A stretch of DNA of 5,492 nucleotides. Origin: Escherichia phage lillemer. This document shows positions 5,049 to 5,492 of this stretch, piece after piece. The notes under the pieces were generated by a model that was not told where the DNA came from, ran no database searches, and was given only the letters and a program-made list of their open reading frames with translations. The stretch is from sequence record MN850599.1. The stretch is one strand, 5' to 3'. Positions within the stretch are counted from its first letter, which is position 1, and every line of letters starts with the position of its first letter. The position numbers and the translations under genes were made by a program.

Positions 5049-5492
5049 TTAAGAAGTCATGATGCTATCGCGTGTGGTCGGGATATGTCGATATACAGTG
5101 ACATTGTATTTAGCCTGAGCATTCCAGTGAGTTAATTGAAGTGATTGGAAGCATTCGTCGTATTTTTTATGGTCAATCAGTACACGGTTTTCCATGTTGC
5201 CAGTTGGACCATTTTGGATGAACGGGAAGCCTTGAAGGTTGTGATATTGTCCATCAACGTAAGAAGGATGATAGCGATACCATTGCCCTTCGGCAATTTT
5301 GATTTTTTCAGTAGAGCCAGCAGCGCCACGGAAGAGAGTTTTCATTTCGATTTCGCGAGGCGGTAAGTTACCGTAAAGAGTTGGATCACCCGCAAGGTCA
5401 GTATAGTTTAGTGCGCCTTTGCCGACGAGATAGTGAGTTTCCTCAGTGCAGGTAGGCGGGAAGCGTACGAGTTGAAGAGTCATAATAACGCC
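5049..5492 (-). CDS. F: Major capsid protein F, C-terminal segment (partial; 5' end of this segment runs off the window end)
   Basis: Track ORF 5049..5483 (MTLQLVRFPP...YRHIPTTRDSIMTS) matches the recalled phiX174 F C-terminus (TMFTLALVRFPP...TVYRNLPTTRDSIMTS). Frame stays open to 5492 (upstream codons G-V-I). Stop TAA at 5051..5049. Confidence 0.92.
   Translation of the reverse strand, partial: GVIMTLQLVRFPPTCTEETHYLVGKGALNYTDLAGDPTLYGNLPPREIEMKTLFRGAAGSTEKIKIAEGQWYRYHPSYVDGQYHNLQGFPFIQNGPTGNMENRVLIDHKKYDECFQSLQLTHWNAQAKYNVTVYRHIPTTRDSIMTS

Noticed and set aside
81-5366. All '+' strand ORFs in the track (81..350, 468..659, 980..1177, 988..1326, 3014..3214, 3850..4050, 3948..4145, 4270..4467, 5145..5366)
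   Set aside because: Each is antisense to a well-supported conserved phage gene (F, D, A, H, G). None has a convincing RBS or recognisable protein features. Bullavirinae transcribe only the viral-sense strand.
1-5492. Prophage, integrative element, CRISPR array, tRNA/rRNA, insertion sequence or defence-system cargo
   Set aside because: No integrase or recombinase, no direct-repeat/spacer array, no tRNA-like structure and no unexplained coding capacity were seen. The window is fully explained as a lytic microvirus genome.
1-5492. Identification as the phiX174 Illumina spike-in control
   Set aside because: Protein lengths and many residues differ from phiX174 as recalled (A 544 aa, H 345 aa, J 28 aa, G 174 aa, divergent A N-terminus), so this is a distinct G4-like relative, not phiX174 itself. 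Confirmation needs a database search.

Overview
The window is essentially one complete genome of a phiX174/G4-like microvirus (Microviridae, Bullavirinae), presented as the reverse complement of the viral (+) strand: all genes are on the '-' strand. Reading the '-' strand from high to low coordinates the order is F (C-terminal part, 5492..5049), G, H, A (with in-frame A* and out-of-frame B), K, C, D (with embedded E), J, then F (N-terminal part, 845..1). The window is cut inside gene F. The gene set is canonical and compact, with about 210 nt of intergenic DNA in total. I found no integrase, tRNA, CRISPR, host flank, or extra cargo gene, and nothing in the sequence supports a novel defence or accessory system. 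Gene identities rest on recalled similarity to phiX174 proteins (F, G, H, A, B, K, C, D, E, J) plus sequence-visible signals: the HUH and double-tyrosine motifs of the rolling-circle initiator, the 30-nt viral-strand origin, Shine-Dalgarno sequences, ATGA/TGATG/TAATG overlapping junctions, and intergenic hairpins. Protein lengths (A 544 aa, H 345 aa, J 28 aa, E 95 aa, G 174 aa) and an inferred genome size near 5490 nt suggest a G4-like relative rather than phiX174 itself. The most notable point is that lysis protein E has Leu where phiX174 E has Pro21, together with His3 and Phe19. No database search was possible; all homology statements are from memory and should be confirmed by BLAST/HMM.
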